From positions 16,802,001 through 16,866,000 of the forward strand of contig CM022679.1 of the NCBI GenBank assembly GCA_012295275.1: 64,000 nucleotides of DNA, read 5' to 3'. The translations under genes were made by a program, and so were the position numbers. Below, one piece after another: positions 14,292 to 27,243 of the stretch; position 1 is the first letter of the stretch; every line of letters starts with the position of its first letter. Source of the DNA: Chrysomallon squamiferum (lineage: Eukaryota; Animalia; Mollusca). Below the pieces are notes generated by a model. That model ran no database searches, was not told where the DNA came from, and worked only from the letters and a program-made list of their open reading frames with translations.

Positions 14292-15944
14292 ATGGAAGCA
14301 AATTCTAACAAAGAACATCATCAGCGACATTTATGTCAAGGTCTCGTTTGTCAGCTAGAAAATGAAAAGAATACAGATACTACAATATTCGTCCAAGGAG
14401 AAACATTCCACTGCCACAAGGTGGTGCTGTCTGCTGTGTCATGTTTCTTCAATGCGATGTACTCATCGGGCATGAAGGAAAGTGTTGACGGAAAAGTAAC
14501 TCTACACAACATCACGCCAACAGTATTCCACGATGTTCTTCACTTTATGTACAACGGAACTATTAATATTACTGAAGAAAACGTAGTGGAATATCTTCGC
14601 GCTGCCAGTATTTTCCAGATTACAACGTTGTTAAACATTTGCGAGAAGTTTCTTTTGGATATTTTGTTTTCAAAAAATGCTTTAGAAATGTGGAGACTTG
14701 CTTGTACCTACAACTGTAAAACTTTAAAACAGTATGCATGGTCTTTTATTTTGGACAATTTCACAGATATTTCGCAAAAAGGTGAATTTCAAAATGTTAC
14801 AAAAGATGAACTGTTAATGATAATAGATGATGATAATTTGAATGTTCTAAACGAAGAATCGGTTTGTGATGCGGTTATGGTTTGGCTTAAACATGAAACA
14901 AACCGAGCGACATACTTATATGAGATTTTCAGACATTTACGATTTCCTCTGATGCATAGCACATATATAAACAATCTTATTGAATCAAATTCCTTAATAT
15001 CAGAGCATAAAGAATGTAAAAAATACCTTGAAAACATAAGTGCCGAATCACATTTAGTTAAAGAACGCAATGAACCAGTATTAGTGATGGTTGATGGCAG
15101 ACGTCAAGATGTAATTTGTTTTAGCCTCCAAAGAAAAAAATGTTTTTCTTTGGCTAAGTTTCCGTATTTTGCGGATGGCAAGGCATCTTGTACTTATAAT
15201 GGAAACATATATGTTTGCGGGGGTACTACAGGAATGGTTGAAGATCGATTAGTTAAATTTGAATCTAATCGAAATCGATGGGAAGAATGTTGTCGCATGT
15301 TAAGTGGTCGCTGTTATCACGAATTAGTATCGGCTGGCGAATGTCTGTACAGTCTTGGCGGTTTCGCCATGGATACGGCGTTGTCCAGCATAGAGGAATA
15401 CAACACTGTTGCTGGAAGCTGGAAGAAGGTTGGAGATCTTGCTATTGCTGTAGGTGGCATGGCTGCTGCGGTACTCCGTGATACCATATACATTTTTGGA
15501 GGAAAAAGAAACCGGATCGAAAGGAAAACACCTATATTTCAAAGTTTTGAAACCAAAACAAAGACATCAGCTTCACTGGGAAATCTTCCAATACATATAT
15601 GCTGGAGTCGCGCTTTGACAATTGACGAGATTATTTATGTGATCAGTCCAGATGGCAATGTCATTAGCTACCGAGAGGGCTTATTTCCTTCGATTATTAG
15701 TGTCATTAAAGATCTTGACTGCCAATACTTCAGAATTATCGGACACGACAGGAAAATTATCATTCTTCAAGTTGGAGACTCGAAAAACTTTGACGAACTA
15801 CGGATATTTGATCCAAAATTCAACAGCTTTTATGTGACCAGAGAGAGACTGCCAAGATCGTTATGTGATTCTGATTGGCTTAAAGTTGTTATAAATCGAC
15901 AACATTTGAAATATGAATATTTGTCTCACAGCTCTCACAGATAA
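14292..15944 (+). CDS. Kelch-like protein (BTB-BACK-Kelch, KLHL24-like), 550 aa, intronless CDS
   Basis: BTB (FHCHKVVLSAVSCFFNAMYSSGMKES), BACK (NEESVCDAVMVWL...IFRHLRFPL), Kelch repeats (IYVCGG, LYSLGG, IYIFGG); acceptor tttag at 14285; AATAAA directly after the stop. Confidence 0.95.
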   Translation: MEANSNKEHHQRHLCQGLVCQLENEKNTDTTIFVQGETFHCHKVVLSAVSCFFNAMYSSGMKESVDGKVTLHNITPTVFHDVLHFMYNGTINITEENVVEYLRAASIFQITTLLNICEKFLLDILFSKNALEMWRLACTYNCKTLKQYAWSFILDNFTDISQKGEFQNVTKDELLMIIDDDNLNVLNEESVCDAVMVWLKHETNRATYLYEIFRHLRFPLMHSTYINNLIESNSLISEHKECKKYLENISAESHLVKERNEPVLVMVDGRRQDVICFSLQRKKCFSLAKFPYFADGKASCTYNGNIYVCGGTTGMVEDRLVKFESNRNRWEECCRMLSGRCYHELVSAGECLYSLGGFAMDTALSSIEEYNTVAGSWKKVGDLAIAVGGMAAAVLRDTIYIFGGKRNRIERKTPIFQSFETKTKTSASLGNLPIHICWSRALTIDEIIYVISPDGNVISYREGLFPSIISVIKDLDCQYFRIIGHDRKIIILQVGDSKNFDELRIFDPKFNSFYVTRERLPRSLCDSDWLKVVINRQHLKYEYLSHSSHR

Positions 15945-16389
15945 GCTGAAAATAAATCCATTCAAACACTTAATATTAAAATATTGTTTATTTATTTATT
16001 TGAATTAATTTTGTTCCTTTTCTTTATTAATTATATTCAGTGACAATAGATTATAATGCATAATATTTGTATGAACGGAACAAACTGAAATTTCACTGCA
16101 ATAACAATTTATACGATCAAAAAATGAAATCCGAATAGAGCAACTTTCAACAGAGTTTATATATGAAAGCAGACCGAATTACACTCGCTTCAATTGTGAT
16201 ATATGTAATTAATACTACATGCAGTTTCAGTTTTTGATTCTCAAGACAATCTACTACATTAATAACTGAAATGTCCGAGTTTTATAAACACAAACGAGTT
16301 CAATAAAAATGTTTTCTTATAAAAATATCTTTTAAATTCTTTAATATTTAACTTCCGTTTTCCAGAATAAATAAAGGTAATTACATGTA

Positions 16390-17087
16390 CAGTGGTACCT
16401 TGACTTACGAGTTTAATTCGTTCCGTGGCCGAGCTCGGAACTCAATTTGGACGTATATCAAATCAATTTTCCCAAATGTAATTAAGTGAAATACCATTAA
16501 TCCGTTCCAGCCCGCCAAAAACCACCCCAGTTTTTAAATAAGAAAAATGTATTTATAAATGATAAATGTTGAAAAAAACACACAAAATAAAACAGAATGT
16601 AAAGAAATAAATTGGTTTTGTAAAGGGTACAGGGTTAGGGTTTCTCCATCTTTTCATGGACAGAGGTCCGCAGCGTAGAAGTTATTTTAACGCCTTTGGC
16701 TGGAGTTATAGCTTTTATCGAATCATTCTGCTTCAGTGGTACATATCGTTGAAGTACTACGCTCGTACGGCCTAGCCGTGTTGACTACATGCACACCTTG
16801 CTCATGTTTTTCTATGATTTCGTGCTTTATTTCAATGGACGTCATCTGCTTCTTCTTCTCAGCACTGTCCTTTGCACTCACTTTGGTAACCACGTGAAGC
16901 AAACGATTCAGACGCGGGATGCTGGGTGAATATTGTGTTGTTCGATGCGCCAACTCCCTGCGGCGTATCTGAAGCTCACGCGTAACTCGAATTTTGGCTC
17001 GCAATTCAACCCCAAAAACCGACCGGGCGGCTGCTCATAACTCGAAAAACTCGTAAGTTGGAGCACTCGTAACTGGAGGTACCACTG
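16390..17087 (-). mobile_element. Non-autonomous Tigger/pogo element (internally deleted)
   Basis: TIRs cagtggtacct.../...aggtaccactg flanked by TA; internal remnant of the CENP-B-type N-terminal HTH (KKKQMTSIEIKHEIIEKHEQGVHVVNTARPYERSTSTICT) on the minus strand. Confidence 0.88.
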
Positions 17088-17116
17088 TATATTTTATGTT
17101 TAATAAATTATTATTA

Positions 17117-17158
<42 letters not shown>

Positions 17159-18027
17159 TTTATTATTTTTATAAACCAAAGAAAAAGTAAAAATTCGATA
17201 GAGGTACCGAAACATTTAAATTTATCCATCTTGGGACCGAAGGCGGTGTGAATTTCTGGACAAAGGCTAAATCTTTACTTTAAAAATAAAATAAAGAACG
17301 AAACAGTATTTAAGCTGTAAATATTTAATGGATACAACTTAATATTCCTTCAGTTTAATCTTTATTAATTTACTCCAAAATTTTAAAATACCTGTAGAAA
17401 ATATGTATTTCTGATTAATTCAGCAAGTTGCGTTTCTTCTAATCCATTTAGTCATTTAATAAATGAAAATGATAGTAAACTGAAAAAAATAATAGCTTAT
17501 TGTGAGATGATCGCCTGTAGACAGCAACAATTTCACTTGAAATGGCGTTAAAGAAACTAAAATTAAGTGCGCCTAATTCAAATGAAGCCAACTTAAAAAT
17601 ACCCCGTTTCCTGTGTTTTCCGGATTTCTGGAAGACGATATTTTTTTTCTATTTTGATGAAATTAATATAATCAGTTACTGAGTTTGATGAAAAGTGAAG
17701 AATAGCAATAACAATTAGTTATGAAAAATAAATATAAAATAGCTATTATCAAATAAAATAAACAGAACCTGTACTTGTGGTCTGTTTTTTATCAGGACTT
17801 CAGTTAGATGGTGGCAAAATATAAACAGAAGAAAATTAATGGCAGCGCCCACTTAGCGAATACGGAATAGGTAGTGTGACAATAACTTGAATAAGCTATG
17901 GTTATCGATAATTATCGAGTGTATACAATATAGATATATTTTTTTATGAGTTACATAAATTTGTTTATGTTTTCAGGATCACTGTGAGTGTGACTGTTAG
18001 TAAGTGTTCCAGTGTTGACAAAGATTC

Positions 18028-18732
18028 ATGGGGAAACATAAAATTAAGAAAAACAAAGACTATTATGGTAAACATAAATCTAAAGATGGGCATTCAGAAA
18101 AAAGAGTTCACAATTTTGACAAAGACAGATTTACAGAAAATCTCAATAGATTACAAGAAGGTAACTTTTTATCAACTCATATGTATAATATATATATGTA
18201 TGTATGTATTTTGCAGATTAAATTCCCGTTCAGATTGTAACATAAATTTCATTTCCATTTCTTTATGAAACAGTAACTGAGTAATTGAATTGACTCCAAA
18301 ACTGATTTAGTACCAAATGGTTATATATATTTTGTTTTTTATTTTATAGTTGAAAATCGTCCTTAATGCCAATATAATGTTACACATTTAAATTTAATTG
18401 TGAAATTCCCTACAAAAAAATAAAAAAACGGTTAGAGAATCATTGTATCAGTTTAAAAAAAAAGGTCTTTTTGTACAGGTGAAAAAGATATTTTTTTTTT
18501 TTTTTTTTTTTTCAAATACAGTTTGTGTGTAAATTCAGTTTACTTTTGAAAAGAATATAAAAATTTATAACTGACATTTATTACATTTTTAAAAAATAAA
18601 TAAAGGTTTTGTGTCTGCAGAGATTACTTTATCAACTGAACAGTAAACAAAACAAAAAAAAAAAATTAATAAAAATTATTAATTGAAAAAATATTTAGTC
18701 CACAACCATTCAGTACAAAGAATTGTTTAAAC

Positions 18733-18768
<36 letters not shown>

Positions 18769-21745
18769 CACCAAAAGGCTGCAGATAAATTAAACTTTAA
18801 AAATCCTAAATTTTGTAATAAATACAAATTAAAAATATATATATATGACACAAAATTTATTTTCACAGAAGATGAAAATGGAGATGGTGCTAAATTTCCC
18901 TGCCCACTTGCTATGTGGGATTTGGAACAGTGTGACCCCAAGAAATGCACAGGTCGCAAACTGTGTAATCTGGGATTTGTCCGAAGATTGAGGTTACAAC
19001 AGCGATTTAATGGAATTGTCTTGTCTCCCACTGGGAGCAGATGTGTGTCTCCAGACGACAGGTATATTGTAGAAATGTAGCATTATGACCTATATTTAGT
19101 CCTGAGTTAGTGATAAATTAATATGCTAATACAATTAAGCTTGGACCATTTGTATATAATGAAACAGAACTAGAGTTTTATTTGATTTTGTTCTTAAACA
19201 GTTAATATCAGTTCTGTTAGTATTAGTTTTTTATGTAAATTTTTTCTGTATAAAATGATCTTAATACATTTAAAATAAAAGTTAATAAAAGGAAATTACC
19301 AGTATTATCTTTCTATCACCCACAAAACAATACTGTATAAAATAACATTAATAATTTTATTTTAAACAGTTACTGTCAGTGTGTTAATGTTAGCTTTCAA
19401 GTAAAAATTACATTATTAAACAATAAATGTTTTTAAACAGTTACTGTCAGTGTGTCAATCTTAGCTTTCAAGTAAAAATTACATTATTAAACAATAAATG
19501 TTTTTAAACAGTTACTGTCAGTGTGTCAATGTTAGCTTTTCATGTAAACAAATACTGTATAAAATGATAATAGTAACACCTTTTTTAATATTACTACAGG
19601 GATATTATTGCTGCACATGGTGTTGCTGTTGTTGACTGCTCTTGGGCTAGAATTGATGAAATTCCTCTGACTGTGATGAAGACTCACAACCCAAGACTTC
19701 TTCCTTACCTGATTGCTTCAAACCCTGTCAACTATGGTCGTCCATGTAAACTGTCTTGTGTGGAAGCATTTGCTGCAGCATTTTACCTTACAGGTACATT
19801 CTGGGTGTCCCATCAACTCTGCACAATATCAAAATGTCTTTGTTTTTACAAGTTTTGAATTAGTAGTTGGAAACGTAAAAAATCAAAATGTCTATAAGCA
19901 ATATGTGCTAACTAGCCTAAATTTGTTTTTACTTATTTATTTATTAAATAATTTATTAGTATTATATTCAGTAGTAACATAATAATAGTAGCAGGAGCAT
20001 TATTTAAACAAATACTTTGTTTATTTTGAATTTTAAATTTTTTTAGGTTTTAAAGAATTAGGTGAAAAACTTTTAAGTAAGTTTAAATGGGGAGCTTCGT
20101 TTTACAAAGTGAATGAAGAACTACTGAACAAGTACATGGAATGTAAAACCAGCAAAGAGATTATCACTGTACAGCAGCAGCACCTTGACAGTCTTGAAGA
20201 TGAGAAACAGCAAGAAAAACAAGGTCACAAAATTATTTATTTATGGGGTCCAAAATTTCTACCAGTTACAGAAGGACCTTTTTTATGCCACAGCAATTAG
20301 TATTTCAAATGACTTCTTAATAAGAAAGTAATGTATGCCACATGATTTTGAGAATTAATATTTATGAATTTAGTTACAAGAGGCAATGAATGGTTGATTA
20401 TAATCGAAAAAATTATGGTTAAAATAGAACATAATAATTTACCAGATATTAAATATTTTATTTTGTTAGTCTTCTGTAATTTAAAATTAATTTCATTCAC
20501 TGGATATCAGTATGCCAACGTAGTTGTGTATTTCATACAGTATTCTTTAAACATCAAGAAGTTTATTTTGTAAATTATTATCTGTAATTAGTAATTAAGA
20601 TATTTTTTTCTAGACATAAAATATTATGTTTGTTTTACAGATCTCACTGATATAGATATGTCAATGGAACACTGTAATCCAAACAGACAACTTGATTTCC
20701 TAGATGACAGGTACATTTTTAGAAGTAATATACATAGTTGTGTAAATAGTATATCATGTCACAAAGGTGAAGCCAGAAATAATGGTCAGTGGTTGTTGAT
20801 CTCTTCAATGTATTTGATATTAGGAGTCTGTAATAAACAGTATTATTTAATATGATGATCATTTTCAAGCCTTGTGAATTCTCCTTTTCTTTAGTATATG
20901 AATTCTGGAGATTAGTATGGGAACTCTGAAAATTACCAGATACAAGAGACACTACCCCAGTAGTTGCCTTCCAAATTCTTTAACCATATGAAAAAATTGG
21001 TAAAGATACTCCATAATTTTAGGGGTTTTTTGTTAATTGTAGTAATCGGAAAGGTTGTGATGATGATGTATATTTTTATTAGTAAAATAAAAGGATATTA
21101 CAAATCAGTATGTTAAATTGTCCCATAAAAATGATCCCCCTGTATACACATTTTATTCTTCAATTAATGGAAATTTAGCATTCTTACTTATATATAACGA
21201 TAAATTAACATAACCAAAAGTGTAAATATGTACAAATTTTATCACATTAATTTTTCTTTTGAATTAGGTATTTATTTCCAATTAATTTTATGTTCAGAAA
21301 ATATTTTTTTGTTAAGAATCAGAAAAATGAAAATGACATCGACTGATGGAATTACATTTTTCACACAAGTCTCCACTGGTGTTTGTAAAACATACATAAT
21401 TGCTTTTTTCTTTCTGTGTCATCTGAACAGATTTTGATTGATTACCATTTATGAAAATATTGAATAATTGTATATTTCAGCTCTGAGGAAGAAGATGAAG
21501 ATACAGATGACAGCTCTGTTACTGAAGTTGTGGAGAAAGAAAAGGAAAATGTAAATAATGTAGAGAGTGGTGTGGAAAGTCAGGAAAACAAGCTTGATGT
21601 AGATGGTAATGTTGAGAACCAGCTGAAAGAAAAGATTATTGATACAGACAGCCAGAAAAATGTAGCTGATATACAACATAATGTTAAGAACCAAGAAAAT
21701 GACAGCGATGTAGACTGTATTTTTGGAGATTTGAAAATAGGATGA
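18028..21745 (+). CDS. TSR3: 18S rRNA aminocarboxypropyltransferase
   Basis: Exons 18028-18160, 18869-19061, 19600-19793, 20047-20223, 20641-20710, 21481-21745; motifs [73 protein letters not shown]; acidic C-terminal tail. Confidence 0.95.
19360..19545. repeat. ~71-bp minisatellite, about 2.6 copies, in a TSR3 intron
   Basis: ttttaaacagttactgtcagtgtgt.aat.ttagcttt recurs at 19360, 19431 and 19502. Confidence 0.9.
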
Positions 21746-22209
21746 AGTGAAGTAATAAAGTTGGTGATATTAATTTAGAAAAAAGATAAAAACCTCAAAT
21801 GAATTGGAGAAGGTTTACCCAGCTGAAAAAAATGCATTGGCAAAATAGAAGATGATGATGATGATGACGATTGTAATGTTCTGCAGCAATTCAGCCACAG
21901 GAACCCACAGTTATTCTGATGATACATCATCTTCTGCTAGGCAAATAAATCATATTTACAATGAATTCAGAATATCATTTTAACATTTAATTATGTTAAC
22001 ATTCTTGAAAGAAGAAGCTTGCCATGAAGTTTATATTGAAAACCTGAACTAAATATAGTGATCATAAATTATTGTTGCCTTTCTGTATAGTACATTTATC
22101 TGAAATTAAAATATTACATACGTGTAAGAAAAGTTGCAATATTTATTTAATAATCTCCATAACTTGTTTTTTTAAATCTTTTGTCTACTGTAGGTTATTC
22201 TTAAATTTA

Positions 22210-22380
22210 AAGGGAGAAAAACCTGCTAGCCATAAGATGTGTGTGTGTTTCCATGGTCAGGGGAAATATATCATAAATTTTGATAAACCAGTTTTGAAAT
22301 GACAGGAACAAAAACAGGATGCTGATAAGGACTGATCCTGAGACCAGTCATTTGGCATACCACTGAGCTACAGCCTGACC
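22210..22380 (-). mobile_element. Degraded tRNA-derived SINE fragment
   Basis: Minus strand begins gctgtagctcagtggta (Pol III A-box-like tRNA head); no complete cloverleaf. Similar degraded SINE-body pieces appear near 6760-6870, 57520-57660 and 62380-62470. Confidence 0.45.
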
Positions 22381-24197
22381 ACATTAACTGCTCACTAGAA
22401 TGGGAATGAGCACAGTGGACATCCTAGGCTGGATTTATGCAACAGACTGTCATGGCATAAGTGAACTATGCAGTAACAAACTTTAAAAATACATCAACAT
22501 GAAAATGCTATTTTATTAAAAAGATCCTAGAATATATGTTTTCATCTTTATTTTTAGAAGGATGTTGTTCAGCTTGTATTATTTTCTGTAATCACTGGCT
22601 GAGCTAAATAGTATTTGAAATCAAATTTTACATACATAAAAACTCAAAAAGAAACAGCAGTAGGACTATTTTTATGTTAAAAACTAAAAGAAGGGGTTTG
22701 TTTTGTTTTGTTTTTCTTAATTGAAAGAGAAAAACAACAGTTAAATAAACAGACCTATCTTCACTTGGCAGAAAAGAGAAAGAAAAATTCAGTTAGAGCG
22801 TGTCTCCATAAATTACACCAATCTACATTGAATTTAAATAGTACACAATGAACATCTGAATATTAAAATTGTCCACCATGATGAGGTGTAGTTTGCTGTT
22901 CACAAAATGCTCTGCTGTATAAAAGAAATTATTGGAACAGTATAAGCTGGGATTTGTTTGGAGAATGGTCAAACTATAATATGCCATTTAACAATGTTCG
23001 TGTAGTTAAAAATCCAGTTTTTATTTTATTTTATTTTATTTTTATTTTTATATATATATTTTTTTGTTCTTATAATATCTTAAATCTAATCATCAATAAT
23101 GGAAATAAAAAGTATAGAAGACAAAATGCATATTTTATTTTATTTATTTATTTATTTATTTATTTATTATTTTTCTTTTTTTTTAATTTTAATTTTTTAG
23201 TTTTTAAGTTGTTGTTTTTTTAAGAAGCAATTACTCTGGTTATAACTGCAACTGTGGCGATGGGATGGAAAACCTGACTGAATTGACATGACAAATTGAG
23301 TTGAGACTGATTTATAAAATCGTTTTGAATTTGAACTAGCAAAAAAGTCAATAAAACTTGCACTAACGAGGCGTAGACTAATAATAAAAAGATTCGCGCG
23401 CTTTTTCTCCACTTAGTCGGCGTCTTTTACAGAGATGTTTCCACCAATGAAAGGACTGAAAACCATTATTATTATTACTGAAGATGTTATTAGTACTACA
23501 CTAGTTACGTCTTAAGACGTATAAAAATTCATAATTACAGAAGAGGATGATAATGGAATTACGGTTACTGTTTCTATTCTTTGTACAAAGTAAAATAAAT
23601 TAAAATTTTATTATTTTTACGTGTAGCCATTCCACCTTTACATAATCACCGCATCGTTATTTAACAAATGTATATAGTTTACATAATGGATACGAATACC
23701 TGAAATAAAAAAAATTTAAAATATATACGAATTCTATTACCTATTTGTCCTAAGCAAATTATTTTCATATAGTTTTCTTTCTTTCATGGGACAATACAGA
23801 AAACAATTTTAATTGTGCAGGTTAAAAAAATGTGTGTATATAAAATACAAAGGATATATCTTTGTGGTTGGTAGTCGTGCGAAGTACATTATGAGTCGTT
23901 TGGTCGCCAAGGGCTTGTTGACAACTAAACGGAGAACGAGCGATACTTGTTTTGGCAGGATTTTGTCAATGGGTCAGAAGTCTTTTGTTGATGATCTACA
24001 CATATATATACTCAAGTCAGACACGATAACGTAAAGCCTGAGTTCTTTTCACTGGCAATAGTAAGTCGAACTAGAAACCAAGGAAGATAGACTTAACAAC
24101 AAAAATATGTAACACGGGTTTAATAAGTGTGAATAGAAGAACAAAAGGGCTCAAGAAATAAATCTGATTTGATAAGATTTTTACTGACGTAACATCC

Positions 24198-24659
24198 ATG
24201 ATTCAACATAAACCTCTCTCAGGACAAGGGACTCGTTCGTCGACCACTCTTGGAAAAGCCACGTTTCGCCTGCCTCCGATTCAAGAGACTGTCGGACATG
24301 GAGGTTTTGGAGGTGCTATGATGTCTAAGACTTCACAGACACTAATGTACAGAAGTGTACCTCCTAGGCCTTTCAGTTATACGTTTTCGGATGAAATAAA
24401 CAGTTACAAGGCTAAAAGAACAAAAAGTAGATCTAAAACTGCTCCTATGTCTATTTATACCCCCAGAGATTACATGGAGCGTTTCAAATCTCGGCCCGTC
24501 ACTAAGCCCAACGTCGTTGAGATCGACGGTGGTAATGTCTTCATGCAGATGAGTACTGGAGTACGATGTGCTGATGGGTTTTTTCCACCAGTGAAACTGA
24601 GAATGTTGCCTTACCAGAACAAAGGACGAACTACAGTGGAGGTGAAGATAGTTTTATAA
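24198..24659 (+). CDS. Uncharacterised basic 153-aa protein, single coding exon
   Basis: ATG-initiated 462-bp ORF clearly more GC-rich than its flanks, protein-like composition, upstream acceptor (tgtgcag, 23820) and CpG-rich region at 23360-23430, downstream AATAAA. No family recognised. Confidence 0.65.
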   Translation: MIQHKPLSGQGTRSSTTLGKATFRLPPIQETVGHGGFGGAMMSKTSQTLMYRSVPPRPFSYTFSDEINSYKAKRTKSRSKTAPMSIYTPRDYMERFKSRPVTKPNVVEIDGGNVFMQMSTGVRCADGFFPPVKLRMLPYQNKGRTTVEVKIVL

Positions 24660-24687
24660 TATACTATTTTATTAATACACAAACCCC

Positions 24688-24691
<4 letters not shown>

Positions 24692-24740
<49 letters not shown>
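24692..24740. repeat. (CT)n microsatellite
   Basis: Direct reading. Confidence 0.95.
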
Positions 24741-24743
<3 letters not shown>

Positions 24744-25322
24744 GCATATATTCGTATATATTAATAATTAAAAAAAGATAATAAATAAATAAAATTATTT
24801 TAAAAATAAATAAATGTTAATAGTAATAATAATAAAAAACGAAATGAAAATAAATAAATCTACAATTAAAGGATATTCTTTAGGTTGTTTGCAACGTAAA
24901 ATAAAAGGCATGGCCGCAACTACTACACTGAGGCAAATGTGGGAAATGTGTATGATGAACTGTGGCAAATTATGCTGTTCGGTTGCACAGAATAAAATTT
25001 CACTCAGATATCCACATATTTTTGATATATAGTCGCGATAAATACCTGTAGTTGAGCTTTCATCTGACAAAAATTTTATAACAATTTTAATGTTCTCATT
25101 TACAATTTCTGTACGTTCTGATCATGCCTTCTTACCCATGCCTTCTTAAGTTATATATTGTATTAAAAATAAATTTTTGTGATAACTGTTGAGCGATTCA
25201 GGTAATATTAAAGAAAACCATAAAACTATTACAACTGTAAAATTTAAAAGTAAATAAATAATAGCAATAATCATAATAATAAGAAGAAGAAGAAGAAAAA
25301 TAAGTTTAAATCTAAATTCAAA

Positions 25323-25330
25323 CACACACA

Positions 25331-25415
<85 letters not shown>
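25323..25415. repeat. (CA)n(CT)n compound microsatellite
   Basis: Direct reading. Confidence 0.95.
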
Positions 25416-25417
<2 letters not shown>

Positions 25418-26120
25418 GTATTTAATTTTTCCTCGAAGTTTTAACGTATTAATTACACAAACAGAATTATAGTACAGCTGTGTTCTGGAAATATGCTCGA
25501 ACACTGATCCATTTTATCAAATTTACATCAGTATTCTAATACACGAGAGAATACTTCGCAATTTACGACCATATCATTTTGGCTGGGACCAAGCACGTCG
25601 CTTTATCTGTGCAGTTCACTTCACAAGGCTGTTTTCAGTACACAAATAAAATGAAGTTGTTCAGCCGAGGTATTTTGTTGATCAGCTGAGGTATTTTGAG
25701 TGTTAATTCCGACCAGAAAAAAAAAAAAAAAAAAAAAAAAAATCCAAGAGGCGCCAGATCACCTATATTTTTAACTACATTAGGCAAGAGACAAATTTAC
25801 ATGTTGTTGAGCACATGCTCGGAATTAAGAAAATAACTTATAGTGATGTTGAAATGTAGTGATAAAACCCAACAAAAAAACATTAAATGTTGTAAATACA
25901 GAGCACCATATACGCTGCGGGTCTAGGGTTTCAAAAAGAGGATAATTTTATATAGTTGTTATGAGTATAAAGATAATAATATTGATTTAGCATCAGTCTA
26001 AAGCATATCTCACTCTCTGTCTGTGGCATTTTATCTATCAATCAAACTAGTATATCCATTATATATCTCCGTCTGTCGCTTTGTGTGATAGCAATAATTT
26101 ACTAGGCTTTGTACCTGTAT

Positions 26121-26122
<2 letters not shown>

Positions 26123-26165
<43 letters not shown>
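26123..26165. repeat. (GT)n microsatellite
   Basis: Direct reading. Confidence 0.95.
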
Positions 26166-26167
<2 letters not shown>

Positions 26168-27199
26168 GATAGATAGATAAACAGACAGATGAAGAAACAT
26201 ATATATAGAGATTTAGATACAGATATATATTTAGGCTATCATTAAACAAGCTGAAGTTAAAAAAAAACAAAAAAAAAAACACCTGAAATCCTATACGTGT
26301 CACTGTGATTTTGAATGACATGTCTGTCATCTCTTACATTTGAAACCTTTTTAATCTTCTCATAAAGACAGTATATGGTAAAAACAGTTTGGTTGTATGA
26401 CCTTTTTAACGTCATTTGATAAGATTTTCTCCAGGCAATAGAATAAAAGAATCTCAACTATTTTTACTTTTGTAATTTTTTAATTATTTATTTACATATT
26501 TATTTTTTTGTTATTTATTATCATCATCATCGTCATTGTCATCATCATCATCATCATCATTATTATTTTTTTTTTTTATTCTCACCAATCGGGCAGTGCA
26601 ATCAAATTTAACCGACATTGCGTTTTAATGAAAACTGATATGATTATTTCTTGTTGCTATTGTCAGTGTGCCTAAAGTGACCACATATATATATATACTT
26701 TCTTACACTAACAGATACTACATGGGTATGCACAAAACACATTTTATGCAAAATTCTTAACCTAATTTTAATACAAAACCTCAGAAGAGGTAGATCTGTA
26801 ATAAAATAATTAAAAAAAAAAATTGCCTTTTTATATTACAGCTTTAAAATAATTTAGAATCGCATTTTACGTTTCAATCAGATCGTATTGTTGTTTCAAG
26901 ATCATTAGACGATTGACTGATATTCGATATTCAAGAATCGATTAAATCGTATGGAGCGGGAGGGGGTGGTGGATATTCACGAGATATTCCTTTGTCAAAA
27001 GTAATACCTGGAACAAATTACAGTCACCCTGGATATATCCCGGAGTGTTGGCAGACTTTCAAATACAGCTTATTATAAAAACTCACAATTCATTCGCTTC
27101 ACTGATAATCACAAAACCAGAAGGTTTTATAAACTTACTTCAATTTTTTTCTCCCTTTAATCTTATAATATAGATAGAACATTTCTGTCTGTGTATGTT

Positions 27200-27243
<44 letters not shown>

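Noticed and set aside
19360-19545. Repeated 71-bp units as a possible CRISPR-like array
   Set aside because: Units are contiguous with no unique spacers, and the context is a eukaryotic intron; it is a minisatellite.
22340-22380. Possible tRNA gene (tagctcagtggta on the minus strand)
   Set aside because: No intact B-box or cloverleaf; better explained as a SINE head.
25271-26330. ORFs with RERERE or HTHTHT runs (and poly-Ile ORFs at 13910 and 17035)
   Set aside because: Translations of microsatellites.
26880-27080. Gly-rich frame SYGAGGGGGYSRDIP as a coding exon
   Set aside because: Bounded by in-frame stops with no start codon or convincing splice sites; more likely promoter or UTR sequence.
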